From Eledone cirrhosa (Eukaryota): 64,000 nt of DNA. Every line of letters starts with the position of its first letter. The stretch's first letter is position 1. The translations under genes and the position numbers were made by a program. The notes beneath the pieces were generated by a model. It worked only from the letters and a program-made list of their open reading frames with translations. It did no database searches and was not told where the DNA came from. Where the stretch lies: NCBI GenBank assembly GCA_964016885.1, contig OZ024742.1:126728001-126792000 (forward strand), in the 5' to 3' direction. Of the stretch, positions 43,138 to 59,010 are shown piece by piece.

Positions 43138-43680
43138 TGGACTGGTACTTTATTTATCAGCTCCGATAAGATGAGGTTTAAAATTGACATCGGTGGAATT
43201 TGAACTGAAAGAGCAATGAACTGGAACAAATATCAATAATCCGACAGCCTAACAACTTTACCAATTCGCCTCCTCAAAAAATATAAAAAATGCGTCCCTT
43301 TAGGGGAGAGAAATGAAATCTAGTTGTACAACACATAGATATATTCAATAATGAATTCTAATTTCAGTTCAAGGCCAGCAATTTTTTAGAAAGAGGAAGT
43401 CGATTTTATCGACCCCAGAGCTCTACTCGTACATTATTTTATTGAACTTAGATGAATGCGAAGTTAACTCCGGCAAGTAAAGAGCGCCGTAACGAAATAT
43501 CGCAATACTATCATCCACCGTCTATAGAGATATTTGATAATTGTTTCTATATTTGGCACAAGAACAGCTATTTGTTGTGCCGTACTAGTACTTTATTTTA
43601 TGGATATAAATATGAATTTAGAAGGACCGTAACTATATGACGAAAAATAGGTTATCTGACACTCTACAGATACTGCCAAC
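43138..43680 (-). mobile_element. Cluster of three decayed SINE family 1 fragments
   Basis: ctggtacttta, aggccagcaatt and tttctatatttggcacaag motifs. Confidence 0.6.
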
Positions 43681-44799
43681 CCAAATAATAGAATACAGTT
43701 TAGGTCAGGAGACAGAAACAATATAAAACTGGTTTATTTGAGCAAAGTTTACTTCCTAAAAATATAGTGGTTTTTATTTTGATAGCATTTAAGATATAGA
43801 AATTGTAAAAGCGTGATTTCGTGCGCACGTATTTGATCGTGTGCCTGTGTGAAGCAGTAATGAGGGACGAAAGAATATTGTGGGCTTATGTGTGCATGTG
43901 CATGAGTGTATGGTTACTTTTTAATATACATATATACAGCCCCCCCCCCCCCCATACACACACACATATATATATACTCATACAAAATCAATATGGAATA
44001 TAAGTAGTGTTTTTCTCCACGTTCACCATTTTCAAAACATTGATCGATTCTAAGAACTAGACTTTTTGGGAAAATAACCGTAAAACTAACAATAAATACA
44101 CACACACACAAACACACACACGCATCCACTTACTCACACGCATATACATTCTCCAACACAAACACACACTTAAGCACAGTCATCCTCTTTCATACACATT
44201 CACGCGCATCCGCAAACGATACGAAACGAAATGCAAAATCAATTGAAAGACATGGATCGATATGTTATCTAAATGATAAATTATTGGCTAAAGTATGATT
44301 GATTTTTCTTTTATCGAAAGTGTAGTGGTAGGATATTTTGACTAATAAGATTACTAGGTCCTACTTTTATATTCGATTATCTGTTGACGGTTAAATTTGA
44401 AATCTTCTACGAAGTTTCAGAGGAAACCACGAGGAATTTCAGAGAGTGGAATGGACCTCCATCAGTATCAAAGATGAGTGTTCCACAAACAATAACAATA
44501 ACCACTTTTAATGTCCGAATGTCCATGCCAACCAATTAATCACAACCACCACAATAACAACAAAAACAATAACAATAACAACAGAAACAACAACAACAGA
44601 AACCACAACCACCGCCACCGCTGCCGCAACAACAATCTCATCTCATATGGTGTGGCATGGAATGGTCCGATAACTCCTGCGTATCTAGAGTATTTGTGAA
44701 GCCTGGCAGAGTCCATCCCTTCTCTAAGTTTGAATATAGCAGATTTCTTCCAGAAAAAGGATACAAAGTGAGAGAGAAGTAAGAAAGAGATATAGAGAA

Positions 44800-44962
44800 T
44801 GTATCGACCCCGAGACTTGACTGGTACTCTTGTTATCGACCTTAAGTGGATGAGAGACAAACTTGACCTCGGTGAGATTTGACCCCAGAGAGCAGAGAGC
44901 GGAAACGAATACTGCAAAGCATTCTATTCGGAGTTCTAACTACTCTGCCAATTCGTCGCCTA
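44800..44962 (-). mobile_element. Diverged SINE family 1
   Basis: ctggtactct...gacctcggtgagatttga...ctgccaattcgtcgcc. Confidence 0.7.
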
Positions 44963-45321
44963 ATATATTAATATATTAATCACGAATGGTGTGACCACAA
45001 CGCCATCTCATACACCATCAGTATTCCAATCGATACCACCAGAAATCATTTAATGGCATGAACAATCTCAGAAGTATCACTGCAATCATCATCACCATCA
45101 TCATCATCGCCACCACTGCCGCAATATATTTATCACCCCCCCCCCCCCCCCCCAAACAATCAACATTACTTACTATCAGCCCTAATATAGCCATGTATGT
45201 TTATCGATTTATTTAAATGGAATTATACACAATGATATTGAAAACAGACACCTCCCACACTCACACTCCCTCACACCCACCCACACCCACACCCACACAC
45301 ATTTTATTATTATTATTATTA

Positions 45322-45470
45322 TATGTTCTGAGTTCAAATCCCGGCGATATTTAGTTTTGCCTTTCACCATTACAGAGTCGATAAAATGAAGTACCAGTGA
45401 TGCGCTGGGTCGTTTTAATCGACTTTCACCTCCCTAAAAATTGTTATCATTGTACCTAAAACAGAAAACC
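45322..45470 (+). mobile_element. 5'-truncated SINE family 1
   Basis: B box and core. Confidence 0.75.
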
Positions 45471-45695
45471 TTATTATTAGTAGTAGTGACTGTTTTCTTC
45501 GAGGTTTCACTGATATTGGCATCACAAAACTGATTTTACTGAGAAGCCAGTATGGGCGAAACTTCGAAGAAAATAGTCTCTATTTATAAAATATAGTAAA
45601 ATATTATTCTAACTCAACATAAACAGAATTAGTCCTTCATTCAGTGCATGTTTTTGCATATTGAAATATATATATATATATATAGTTTATCTGTA

Positions 45696-45732
<37 letters not shown>

Positions 45733-45736
<4 letters not shown>

Positions 45737-45890
45737 TCCGTGTTAAAGCAGGGGCAACCACACTAATTAAGGTACAAATACATTAGTAGAGTGAAAACAT
45801 CAACATTTAATATAGAAATGGCTTCTACAGGAGTCGAACTGTACGAATGAAACAGTTCTAGTCAAGTAGAAGCCATTTCTATACTAAATT
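45733..45890. mobile_element. Family E foldback insert, second copy
   Basis: Homologous to 16437-16645; arms about 45805-45842 and 45852-45889, with the axis in the stem II region. Confidence 0.8.
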
Positions 45891-46140
45891 TATATATATA
45901 TAAACTACAATAGCTTGTACTTTCAGCTGAGTATATTGAAGCAGCGTAAAATGAAGTGTTTTGTTCAAGAACACAAAACACTACCCAGAAATCGAACCGA
46001 CAATGTTAGGATTGTAAGTCCAACACCCTTACCACCAGGCCACATGCTTCCATGGATCGGGCGGAGGGGAGGAGGGGGCTCTTAATAATCATTAAGGGGA
46101 GAGGGTGAGATTATGTGTGGGACTGAAAGTCACTAAAATA

Positions 46141-46172
<32 letters not shown>

Positions 46173-46693
46173 CGTGTTTTTGGTTGTTGTATTAGTATTG
46201 TGTGTGGTAGAATGGCAACTGGAAATTCGTTGTTGAAGTAGTGGTGTATAGTGCTATTGTGGTAGCGGAGGTGCTGGTAGTGTAGATGGAGAATGGTTGC
46301 TGCAGCGGTGTTGTTATTGGTACTGGTAGTAGTGGAGGTTGTGATGGGGATTTTAATATTAGTATTGGTAGTTGGTAGTAGTCACTGTTATTGTTCTTCA
46401 TTAATTAGACAAACGCGAAATGGACTTCCTTCGATTCTAAAGTAGAATTAATTTATAGACTAACAACAAACATTTCATAGAAACAAAACAAAAACGAATA
46501 GGCAAATTTAAAAATCAGCAACATCAACAGCAGCACTTCTAACATCAACAGCAGCAGTACTAACAACAAGAACAATAGTGCAAACAACAATAGTGCTAAC
46601 AACAACAACAATACAAATATAAATTTGCTGATCACAAGCACCATATTAAGTATGTCACCGACAGGAAATTATAACATTCTCAATTCTGTTAAT

Positions 46694-46724
<31 letters not shown>

Positions 46725-46834
46725 TATAAATAAATATATATATATATATATATTATAAATAAAGATATAATTATATATATATTTATTATAAATAAAAAAT
46801 ATATTATATATATATAATTATATATATACCTTTC

Positions 46835-47480
<646 letters not shown>

Positions 47481-47483
47481 AAT

Positions 47484-47600
<117 letters not shown>

Positions 47601-47615
47601 AATATATATAAATAT

Positions 47616-47668
<53 letters not shown>

Positions 47669-47682
47669 AATATATATAAATA

Positions 47683-47880
47683 TAACAAAGGAATTGTGGT
47701 AAGGAACCAGATGGACCATAACGCACCAGAGCACTCAATACTTAGGGTAGTAGAGTGGGAAATAGGAAAAGGTATGACCCCGACGGCAGAGCTCAAGCCG
47801 TTTCGACGGCTATTTCTGGACTCAGAAATAGCCGCCAAAACGGCTTGAGCTCTGCCGTCGGGGTCATACCTTTTCCTATA
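47683..47880. mobile_element. Family F foldback insert in (TA)n
   Basis: Arms 47762-47818 and 47823-47879, 4-bp spacer. Confidence 0.85.
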
Positions 47881-47970
<90 letters not shown>

Positions 47971-47976
<6 letters not shown>

Positions 47977-48321
47977 TAAAAGGAAAAGAAAATGCTGACA
48001 AATTGTTCCCAGTGAAAAATAGTTTAATTAGGAATAAGTAAAAATTAGTAATAAGTATTGGTTAGTATTCAGTTTTACTATTGGTTAGTATTCAGTTTTA
48101 GTTTTAAGTTTTTACCGCCCGTGATGTTTGCTAGAGCAAACATTACGGGCGCTCTATCTCAAAATTATTGTTGAAAAGCATTAGAAATGCGCAACCGGTA
48201 AAAACTTAAAACTAAAACTGAATACTAACCAATACTTATTACTAATTTATACTTATTCCTAATTAAACTATTTTTCACTGGGAACAATTTGTCAGTATTT
48301 TCTTTTCCTTTTATCAATATA
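47971..48321. mobile_element. TA-flanked long inverted-repeat insert with internal hairpin
   Basis: Arms about 47971-48117 and 48196-48321; the left arm has a 21-bp tandem duplication. The spacer hairpin is gcccgtgatgtttgct-ag-agcaaacattacgggc. Confidence 0.8.
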
Positions 48322-48352
48322 TCACAACTCGTGTTTTACACCTCTATTCTTT

Positions 48353-48449
<97 letters not shown>

Positions 48450-48704
48450 ACATTCAAATCTATACTTATGTACGACGTCCACACATCATGTAAAAAGAAA
48501 TATTTATGCTTCAATCTCCTACAGCTAATTAAATAAAAGAACCATGTTTGAAATATGTAGTTTCAGCATTTGTTGTTAAATATCATTATCATTCCCCCCC
48601 CCCCCCCCCCCTCTTTCTCCCTCACCCCCACACTTTCTCTCTCTGAGTTTTTCCCTGAAAAGAGTAAATGCATTAAAACATTAATGTTTTAAATACAATG
48701 TATG

Positions 48705-48768
<64 letters not shown>

Positions 48769-48772
48769 TGTA

Positions 48773-48817
<45 letters not shown>

Positions 48818-48929
48818 GTATATATATATAGAGCGTGAAATTAATAAACATTCGTTGTACTGCCTCTCTGTTTTGTTCCTGTTCAAATTTTCCATTATAT
48901 ATGTATATATATATGTATATATATATATG

Positions 48930-49077
<148 letters not shown>

Positions 49078-49501
49078 ATGGTAGTAACAATAATAACATC
49101 AACAACATTAACAAAAATAGCAATAACATTAATCACGAAACAGAGAAAGAAATTTATTGCAAAATAATTTGCTTGAATGGAATTAGAATTAATTTCTTTA
49201 AGAAACAATACTATAATTTTTTCTCGTGGTAAAACAAGAGTAATTTTCTAAGAAGATGGTGGTGGACGAGCGGTATTCCATTCACTTAAAGGAATCGATG
49301 CTAATATCTTCTGAGAAAGGAACTTTTGTTTGTCTCGTTGTCTGAAGATGGCGAATGAAACTAAAAAAGAAAACCTTCAATCAACCGATGCTATCCTCGT
49401 GATATCAAGCTTGAAATCCCACTGGAGTGATCAGATGATGTAGAGCCGCTCCAAGGCTTTTAGAACAAGTATCGGACAAATACATATATACATACACCCA
49501 A

Positions 49502-49565
<64 letters not shown>

Positions 49566-49567
<2 letters not shown>

Positions 49568-49862
49568 GATATTAAATAAATGGAAACTATATTTATAAAA
49601 CCATATTTATTTCATTATATATATTTCAGGGATATCATATTAACATTTATTTAATATCGTAAATATACTCCAAATACTTGTTGAGTGCTTTTATATCAGT
49701 TATAAATATTTACTAGTTGTAACCCAACAATTTAAATATAACTTTCCATATATATATATATATTTATTTAATATCGTAAATATACTCCAAATACTTGTTG
49801 AGTGCTTTTATATCAGTTATAAATATTTACTAGTTGTAACCCAACAATTTAAATATAACTTT

Positions 49863-49866
<4 letters not shown>
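49566..49866. mobile_element. Family A terminal fragments: inverted arm plus a directly duplicated segment of about 105 bp
   Basis: 49566-49630 matches the minus-strand family A tail up to GAAA. Segments 49645-49750 and 49761-49866 are direct copies. Confidence 0.75.
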
Positions 49867-49895
<29 letters not shown>

Positions 49896-49897
<2 letters not shown>

Positions 49898-52240
49898 GGT
49901 AGAACCAGTTTAAAACTAGTTAGACCATTACTCAACAGAGTACTCGATATGTGGAGTAATAGAGTATGGGTATATCATAAATATTCGGGACCCGACGGCT
50001 GAACTGTAAACATATAGAGTTAGTTCCACAATAAATTGACAAACAATTCTTAGGACTTAAGATTATTGTAACCACCAATCTGACTAGCGTAACCCTAAGA
50101 ATTCTATAAGTTCTACAAGAAAGAGACATACTAGCATAGGGAAGCTGGGACAGGCTGCAGTTTTGCACACCCCAGACTCTATGCGAGCTACGCCTAAGCT
50201 GCTATCTCATATATTCCAGCATGGGGAAACAACACACCACATAGAATCACTACCCAGAAGGTATGCTGTGGTTGCACCTACTACCTCGATGAAGAAGAGA
50301 CAGTATCCAGAACCAGTACAGACTGTAGCTGCGGAACCACAATCATTTTTAAACATGGCAGAAATGATAGTGAGCCAGCTGGCGTGGCTCCATTAGATAC
50401 AAAGCCAAAGTCAGTTACACAAACATTCGTGACCACCACAAATAAAGGACATAGGGTGGCCACAACTGATACCCATGCAAATGTCATAACAGCAGCCACC
50501 ACTGACACCCCAAATGTCACCCCAGTGCTACTACTAAACGTCAAAGGCATGGTAAAACTGAACAACATGAGTAAGATCCCCTACCTAAGAGACCTAGCCA
50601 CAAGCAATCAAGTAATATGCATGGCACTAACTGACACTCACCGGAGAGCTAGCATAGCAGATGCGGAAATAGACATACCAGTGTATGTTGTATTTCGCAC
50701 TGACAGGATGTAGAGAACTCATCATGGATTTGCATTCTACACCCGTGAAGATATCATACCACTAGTACTGTTGTCACATTCCAACTCTGTCTGTGACACG
50801 TTTGAAGATACCCTCAGAAAGATGGAAGAAGTGCTAATCAATTTGGATCAAAGTCTGAACATTCTGCTGCTGGGAGATTTTAAGCTCCCCAAGGTTAGAT
50901 GGCCCGAATGCCAACTTCTCTCAGGAATGACGGCTCTTGAACAAAGGCAGACAGAATCCTTGGTGGACCTTACAAACAGACTTTTCATGGAACAAATGGT
51001 ACTTCATCCAACATCAGGTGAGAATATTCTGGATCTCTGCTTCACAAATATCACGGAGCTCACCCACAATGTGAAAGTGACACCAGCGATTTTCTCGGAC
51101 CATACCATAGTAGAACTAATAATGTATATTCGGAGGAAGACTATAGGTATACAGCCGACAGGGAGCACTCCGATTCTATCCAGATTAAACTTCTACAAAC
51201 CTACGTGGAAAAAGGATTCAGGGGAAGATCTTGAAGCCAAACAAGACCAAGAGTATCCCTGCGGAAGATGTCAACATACAACTTGAGCAATTCACGAAAA
51301 TGATACAAGCCATATGGTCTAAGTTTGCCCCGGATAATATTATTCCCAGAGACAGGGACATTCTTATGAGAAAGAGAACGAAAATCTCAAACTGGCTACA
51401 AGTAAAGAACAAAAAGGAATCCCATTTGACGCAGACACTTCTGAAATTGAAAATGAACTCAAATTCACCCATGAAAAAGAAAGGGCAGAAAGAAAAGTCA
51501 GGGCTATAGACAACATCAAAAGAAACTCTGTCCATAAAATAGGTTCACTGACTGCAGATCCCCAAGGGCTAAGTGAGGTACTGAACGAGCAATACAAAAG
51601 TGTTTTTCACACCTCCAATAAGACAAATGCAAAGAAATAAGACAAATGCAAAGAAATAAGCCAGATGAGTTCTTTAAAACCATTACATTACACAGAGAAA
51701 TGGCAACCATCAACGATATAGATATAAAGGAGAAAGATGTACTCTCAGCCATGGAATAGGAGGAAGCAGAGCGGATGCTAAAGACTTGACAGCTGTCTTC
51801 CTAACCCCGCATATCAGCAAAGTCATGGAACGAATCATCAGAAGGAAACTGATTACTTTTCCAGAGGAAAATGGTCTCCTAACTGACACCCAGCATGGCA
51901 TTCGCCCGGGTAGAAGTTGCCTTACGCATCTCTTTCAGTATTATGACTGGATACTCAAACAGCTGCTAGACCGTTCGAACATGAATGTGATATATCTCGA
52001 CTTTGCGAAGTCTTCGACAAGGTTGGTCATGGAATGATATGTCACAAACTACGTAGCTTCGGCATAGCTGGAAAACTAGGTGAATGGCTTCATGACTTCT
52101 TAAAAGATAAGCCAGGCTGTTGAAGCCAACAAGGGCCCTCTCAGAGGAAACATCAAGAACAAGCGGCGTGCCCCAGGGATCCGTATTGGGGGATCACTAC
52201 TGTTTGTGGTGGCTCTCTCAGACATGCACTCTAAACAATG
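49896..52240 (+). mobile_element. Decayed CR1-like LINE (APE endonuclease plus RT N-terminal half)
   Basis: LLNVKG, FRTDR, GDF, ILDLCFTN and SDH (APE). SKVMERII, QHGIRPGRSC, YLDFAK and SGVPQGSVLG (RT). Many stops, frameshifts and deletions; the extent upstream of about 50500 is uncertain. Confidence 0.85.
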
Positions 52241-52964
52241 ATATCGAACTAGGGAACATGCGTTTGCGGAGCGAACCTCTAAATATCTTTTCAATGTCTG
52301 CGTCCAAGAGAATTTCCCATCTACATTCGTGTGAAGAGTTACCGTCTCCGTAATTTGAAATTCTTCGTCGTATTTATTACCAATATCAAGGTCTGTATTA
52401 AAACCCTACTGAGACCATATAATTGCATAAATAATACGTAAACATATTAATAGAAAACAAGAACAGAATCATCTAGATCGAAACTAGATCGAATCAAAAG
52501 AATGTAAAGCAAACAGAACCCTCCTCCCCACACCCTGCAGAAAAAAGCAAACAAACAAAAAAATATACACAGTAAAAGATACGATGAATTCTGAATAATG
52601 GGCTTGTTGAAGGCCATTATTAGTTAAACAAAATGGCCGAGGTTTTGTTTGATCTCTGTGAAAAATTGACAGTCGGTCTTTCTTTTTCTAATTTCGTTTA
52701 ATTTCACTTATCATTGACAATAGAGCAATGAAGCTATTTCATAAATTTCACTGCCCACTTAACTTCTCAACTCTATTGATTATGACTGAGAAAGAGGGAA
52801 TATATTTCTTACAGAGCAAGCAATAAACAAGGTCGTAACACATTTATATGTGGTTTCGTTTATATTTCTGTCTCATCGATTCTTTAAACTCTTTCACGTG
52901 CATATTAAACTGGAAAAAAACCCCAAAAAAGCTTGCAATGCTTGTTAAAATTACATGCTGTTGA

Positions 52965-53262
52965 GTGAAGTCTTTCTGGTTAGAATATTTGGCTCTCGAT
53001 CGTAAATTCGAGAGTTCGATTCTAAAAAGCACATTGTGTTCTTGAGTAAGACACTATATATTCCGTTGCTCCAGGTCATTCAACGACAAAATAATGAGTC
53101 GTACCTGTAATTCAAAGGGTCAACTTTGTCACACACTGTGTCACTATGAATCTATCCGTAACTGTTTTAAGGGTACCACGTGTCTGAGAAATGGACAGCT
53201 ACTTGCATGCTAGTTTCAAACAAATGTTTCAAACACTCGTTGTCGGAACCGACGGGGGTTCA
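52965..53262 (+). mobile_element. SINE family 2
   Basis: GAGTTCGATTC, gtgttcttgagtaagacact and a body aligning to 7484-7795. Confidence 0.75.
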
Positions 53263-54177
53263 TCACACACACGTATGGGACAAACGGACAAACGGACAAA
53301 ATAATCTGTTCCTCGTCGTCCACCCCAACATCCCGTTCATTTTAATTCCCTCGACTATATTTTTAAATAGTGACTGGTTAGCAGCATTATTAGGGTGGAG
53401 GATTAAAAGTACTTCGATATTTGGTCTAACTGGCTCTCCTCTGCTTTCAAATTTCACCTAGATCAAATTTGCCTTTCATGTTTTCGAGGTCGATAATGGA
53501 AGAAATCGACCAGGTTCTAACCTGGAGAAAAACGAAGTTCCCTACTGGTTTAATATACCCACGATATGTTGTATGTGAGAACTGCACTCCTATCGCTCCA
53601 TCTCAAGTTAAAGGCTCTTTCCTTCGTATATATTTAAAGACACACACACATCTATATGCATGTGTGTGTGGGGGGGGGGGGGAGGGATCTGCTCTTTTCT
53701 CTGCTGTCGATGCAGTTAATATATCAAATTATATTTCCCACATTTTCCTATTTATCATTAGTATTATTATCAACATCCCAATCGTTCTCCTCCTCACTCT
53801 TATTATTATCATTATAATATATTTTAGTGTGGTAGTGGCGGTGGTAATTCAATGCTTCGTAAAATATATATCCGATTTCAATTTTACATAATTCAAAAGC
53901 TATAACGCAGAGACGTTAAAATATAACATAAATTACATACAAATCAGTTGAATGGTGAAGGAGAAATCTAACAAGCTTTTGAAAAAAATATGATGGAATT
54001 GAGCCGAGATTAAACCATTTCCTAAACCAATTGAACTATTTTAGACCTATTATTAATATTTTTTCTATTATTATCATCATCACCATTATATCAAATTATT
54101 AGATCAGTTTTCCAAGAGGATATTACTGGCGTAAAAAATATATCAAAACTGACGTCAGTACAGATAAATACCAATCA

Positions 54178-54260
<83 letters not shown>

Positions 54261-54285
54261 TCACATACACACACACACACAGAGG

Positions 54286-54319
<34 letters not shown>

Positions 54320-55979
54320 TTCACACGTGTTATGGTCCTTGTGTGTGTGTGTATGTGTGTGTGTGTGTGTGTGTCTGTGTGCATTTATGCATTTATGCAT
54401 GAATATATGCGTGTATGTATGTGTACGTAAATAGGACTGTTATGGCTCCAATCTCTCCACAAAACATTGAGCAAACACCCCAAACCGAACGCCAACCTAA
54501 CTATGTATGCTTAATCGTTTTAGATTATTCGATTAGAAGTATTTTCGGCAGAGCTGTTCTGCTAGAGAATGGGTCATAGGTGGCGGATAGCAATACGGCC
54601 ACTAGATATGATGGTTTGTTGCGATATAAGCGGGCTTCTGTCGGACAAATAAGCAACTCCGGACCAACAGCGGTAAACTACTTTAGGACATGGAGAATGG
54701 GTGACAGTGTTAATTCTGAAGAAGACTCTCACAACCCAGTGATGTGCCTACGGTGTGAAAGTTTTTGCAATGTCTTTGTTCTGAGGATAATCATGAATTT
54801 AGTTCTATTCCTCCCACATCCAGCAGACATTTCACCATCAGCAACGCAAATAATGCTATTAACATCACGACTATGATCATGGCCACTGCGACTTTACCTC
54901 AGGCGAAATACTATAAACATAAATTGATTGATTTCAAAGAAGATTCCTCTGTTGCTTCGCAAACAACGCCATTATGGCTAGAAATTGCCGTCATATCATG
55001 CTCAACCACATTATTACAATGGAAACCTTAGATAAGGTCCTACCAAATACACTTTGCTAAGAAAAGGCGGATGGTCAAGTATCTTATGCCATTTATCATA
55101 GGACTGCTTGATCAGGCTGACTTGGGTTTAAACGAAAATACAAACACTCCTATACACATGATTACCGGAACTACTCCTGCTACGATGAGAAATATGTTAA
55201 CCACAGACCTATCAACTCTCCCCATCCGATGGGGGAGATCTCCTACCCACTATGGGATGTTTTCTCTTGTAAAAATCAGTATAGTATTCATTATGTAAAA
55301 TCACCCCATTTTGCCTCATTGCTCCCTGTTTTGTGGTACCTTTTTTCATGGTACTCCCCGTTTGGGTTTTTAGAGGTTGACAGGTCCGTTACCATCACCA
55401 ACACAAATGCAACTCCAAAAGTACGATTACCACTAGCATAAATACTACTACATTTACGACCGTTACCCGCAGAAAATAAAACCACTACAACTACGACTGC
55501 TGCTAATACCACCTCCACAGGAAGATATGCAATGTTGGCATGTGTGTGATAATATATTCCTTAGCTCTCTTATGGTGGTCATTATAAGTAATACAGCACA
55601 GAAAGCCATAATCCAAAAATGAGAATTGGGAATTAGCTATAGAAAGAATTTATATTGAATGCATTACATCAATTAACAATGAACACAGCGGGAAATATTA
55701 GCATTGTTTATAATAATACACTCACTTGGTCGGAATCTTAACATTGAATTGAGGGATTGTGTTAAGAAATCACTGAAGTACCTTACAGCTTAAATAATTG
55801 ATTATCAATATTATAGAAGCAGTCTTTCTACATCTATCTTGAATACTGGTTCTATTTTAATTGGTAAATTTCTTTGAACTTTGGAACCTTCTAGGGACCT
55901 AAATCCCCGTACCACCTCTCTACACCCTGTTATCGAGACAGTCGATTTCCACTAGAGAGATAGAGAGTGGAGGCTAGAG

Positions 55980-56140
55980 GAGGATCGACCTTAGTACTGA
56001 ATTCCTATTTTATTTATCGACCCCAATAGAATGAAAGGTAAAGTTGGCGTCGGTGAGATTTGAACTCAAAGCACAGTGAACCAGAACAAACACCGAGGTA
56101 TTTTTAACACGACGTCCTAACGACTCGGCCAATTTGCTAC
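55980..56140 (-). mobile_element. Diverged SINE family 1
   Basis: ttatcgacccc...atgaaaggtaaagtt...gagatttgaactc. Confidence 0.7.
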
Positions 56141-56711
56141 GTTTTTATTTATTTATTCTTTATCTCATATAACAAAGGCAAAAATAGGATACAACAACAA
56201 CATGCAATCAAGATAGTTCAAACATCACGTGACTCATGTAACGCCACTATTCCTCATACCAATTTGTATAACAAAAGCAAACATAACTACAAACTATAAA
56301 CCACCATCACCACCACCAACCCCTAGTACTATATCCTGCTACCATCACTACTTCTAGCACATGAGCTAAATAGGGATCCCTTTCGCGGTTGTTTTACGTG
56401 CTAGAAATAGCAGCCAGATATGTCCCACTCAAACCACACGCGAGAGTCATAAAATGGAAAACGTTTAAATGTTCATGCTACGCTGTATATCATAACTACG
56501 TTGCCCCTACGATTCAATCAGAGGTTAAGGGCTCAAGTATGCATGAATGCTTGGATTTCCTGCACAGAGGAAAAATGACTGGGACTTGGTCATTCATGAC
56601 CGGGATATCTTTCGTAGTAAATTTGCTGCTGGATCCTGGCTGACCAGAGACTAAATAGCAACAATAACTACATCGCCATCACCACCACCACTACCACAAA
56701 CAACAACAGCG

Positions 56712-56748
<37 letters not shown>

Positions 56749-56763
56749 TCATTATTACACGAA

Positions 56764-57185
56764 AGTGGATTGGCAGCACCGGTAGAGCGTCGGTCAACAT
56801 GCTTTGCGGCGTATAGTTACGTCCATTTACGTTCTGAGCTCAAATCCCGCCGAGGTTAATTTTGCTTTTCATCCTTACGGGGTAAATAAAATAAAGTACC
56901 AGTAACGCACTGGGGTTGATTTGATCGACCCCCCTCCTCCCCCAAGATTTTTGGCCTTGTACCTAAATCAGAAACCATTATTTATACAGAAAATGGGTGG
57001 TGGCTTGGCAGTATCGGTAGAGGGTCGGACGCCATGCTTTCCAGCATAGGTACGTCCCTTTGCGGTCTGAGTTCAAATCCCACCGAGGTTAACTTTGCCT
57101 TTCATCCTTAGGGGGTCGATAAAATAAAGTACCAGTAATGCACTGGGTAATTGCTGGCCTTGTGCCAAAAGTAGAAACAATTATT
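56764..57185 (+). mobile_element. Two tandem SINE family 1 copies; the second has a 19-bp TSD
   Basis: attatttatacagaaaatg follows both copies (about 56977 and about 57180). Confidence 0.85.
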
Positions 57186-57279
57186 TATACAGAAAATGTC
57201 TATCTTTCATACTGATCACCATCAAATCCGTAAGTACCTTTCGGCGTATGTCTGCTGATCGTGGCTAACCATGGGTAAT

Positions 57280-58275
57280 GACATCCCCATCACCACAACC
57301 ACCAATAACAGCACCACCACCACAGCAACCAACAGTAAGATCGCCATCACCGCAACCACCACCACCACATGCAACATCACCATCAACACAACCACCAATA
57401 ACAGCACCACCACCACAGCAACCAACAGTAACATCACCATCACCGCAACCACCAATAACAGCACCACCACCACCACAGCAACCAACAGTAACATTGCCAT
57501 CACCGCAACCACCACCACCACATACAACATCACCATCAACACAGCCAACAACAACAGCATCACCATAACAAACACCACCACGTACAACAGCAAACGATAT
57601 CGTTACCAACACCACCACCACCAACATCTTCACCACTACCACCAACTCTTCCACCACCACCACCACCACCAGCACCACCACTATAACTACCACCACCAAC
57701 TCTTCCACCACCACCACCACCACCACCACTACAACTACCACCACCACCACCACCACCACGACCACCACTACAACTACCACCACCACCACTACAACCACAA
57801 CCACTACTACTTCCACCACCACCACTACAACCCCCCCGCAGCACCAACACCACTACAACTACCAACAGCACCACCATTACAACCACATCCACCATCACTA
57901 CAACCACCACTACAACTACCACCACCACTACTACTTCCACAACCACCACCACCACTACAACCACCACCACTACAACTTCCACCACCACCACTACAAGCCC
58001 CACCACCACCACAACCACCACTACTACTTCCATCACTATCACCACCACCACTACAACTACCACCACCACCACCACTACAACCACATCCACCACCACCAAT
58101 TACAACCACCACCACTACTACTTCCACAACTACCACCACCACTACTACAACCACATCCACCACCACCAATTACAACCACCACCACTACTACTTCCACAAC
58201 TACCACCACCACTACTACTTCCACAACCACCACCACCACTACAACCACCACCACTATCAACAACAACAACTACTG
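57280..58275. repeat. (CAC/CAA/CTA)n low-complexity tandem array
   Basis: Direct reading. Confidence 0.9.
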
Positions 58276-58394
58276 GAAACCATCAAATCCATAAATGTTG
58301 CAGTGATTTTAACTGAACATTAAACACAATTATGGGACTTCAACAAACATGAGATCCCTAAAGGACTGGTCGTTGTAATGTTTGTTTACACGGT

Positions 58395-59010
58395 GATAGA
58401 GGTGGTGGTGGTGGTGGTGGTGTTTGTATAGGTTGTTTATAGTGATAGTGTTGGTGGTGGTGGTGGTGGTGGTGGTGGTGGTGTTTGTATAGGTTGTTTA
58501 TAGCGATAGTGGTGGTGGTGGTGGTGGTGGTGATGGTGTTTGTATAGGTTGTTTATAGTGATAGAGGTGGTGGTGGTGGTGTTTGTATAGGTTGTTTATA
58601 GTGATAGTGTTGGTGGTGGTGGTGGTGGTGGTGGTGGTGGTGTTTGTATAGGTTGTTTATAGCGATAGTGGTGGTAGTGGTGGTGGTGGTGGTGATGGTG
58701 TTTGTATAGGTTGTTTATAGTGGTGGTGGTGTAGTTGGTGTGTGTATAGGCTGTTTATAGTGGTGATAGTGGTGGTGGTGGTGATGATTGTAGAGTCTTT
58801 TGTGGTGATAGTGGTGGTGGAGGTGATTGTAGAGACTTTTTATAGTAATAGTGATGGTGATGATTGTAGAGTCCCTTTATAGTGACAGTGGTGGTGGTAG
58901 TCGTATGGTGGTGAGGGTGGTGGTGATTATATAGTATGTTTATAGTGATAGTGCTGGTGGAAGTAGTGTTGGTGGTGGTGATGGTGAGCGTAAAGGCTTT
59001 TATAGTGGTG
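58395..59010. repeat. Tandem repeat gtttgtataggttgtttatagtgatagt(ggt)n
   Basis: At least 7 near-identical units, degenerating toward the 3' end. Confidence 0.9.

Noticed and set aside
54540-54760. Possible LINE 5' fragment or ORF 54580..54876
   Set aside because: No recognisable protein motif and no second copy in the window.
57271-58323. 350-aa Thr/His/Pro-rich ORF (and similar ORFs at 15499-16259, 14142-14573, 40396-40729)
   Set aside because: These are trinucleotide low-complexity tracts open on both strands, with no domain or splice evidence.
58395-59010. Repeat-spacer-like array
   Set aside because: The spacers are only (GGT)n of variable length.
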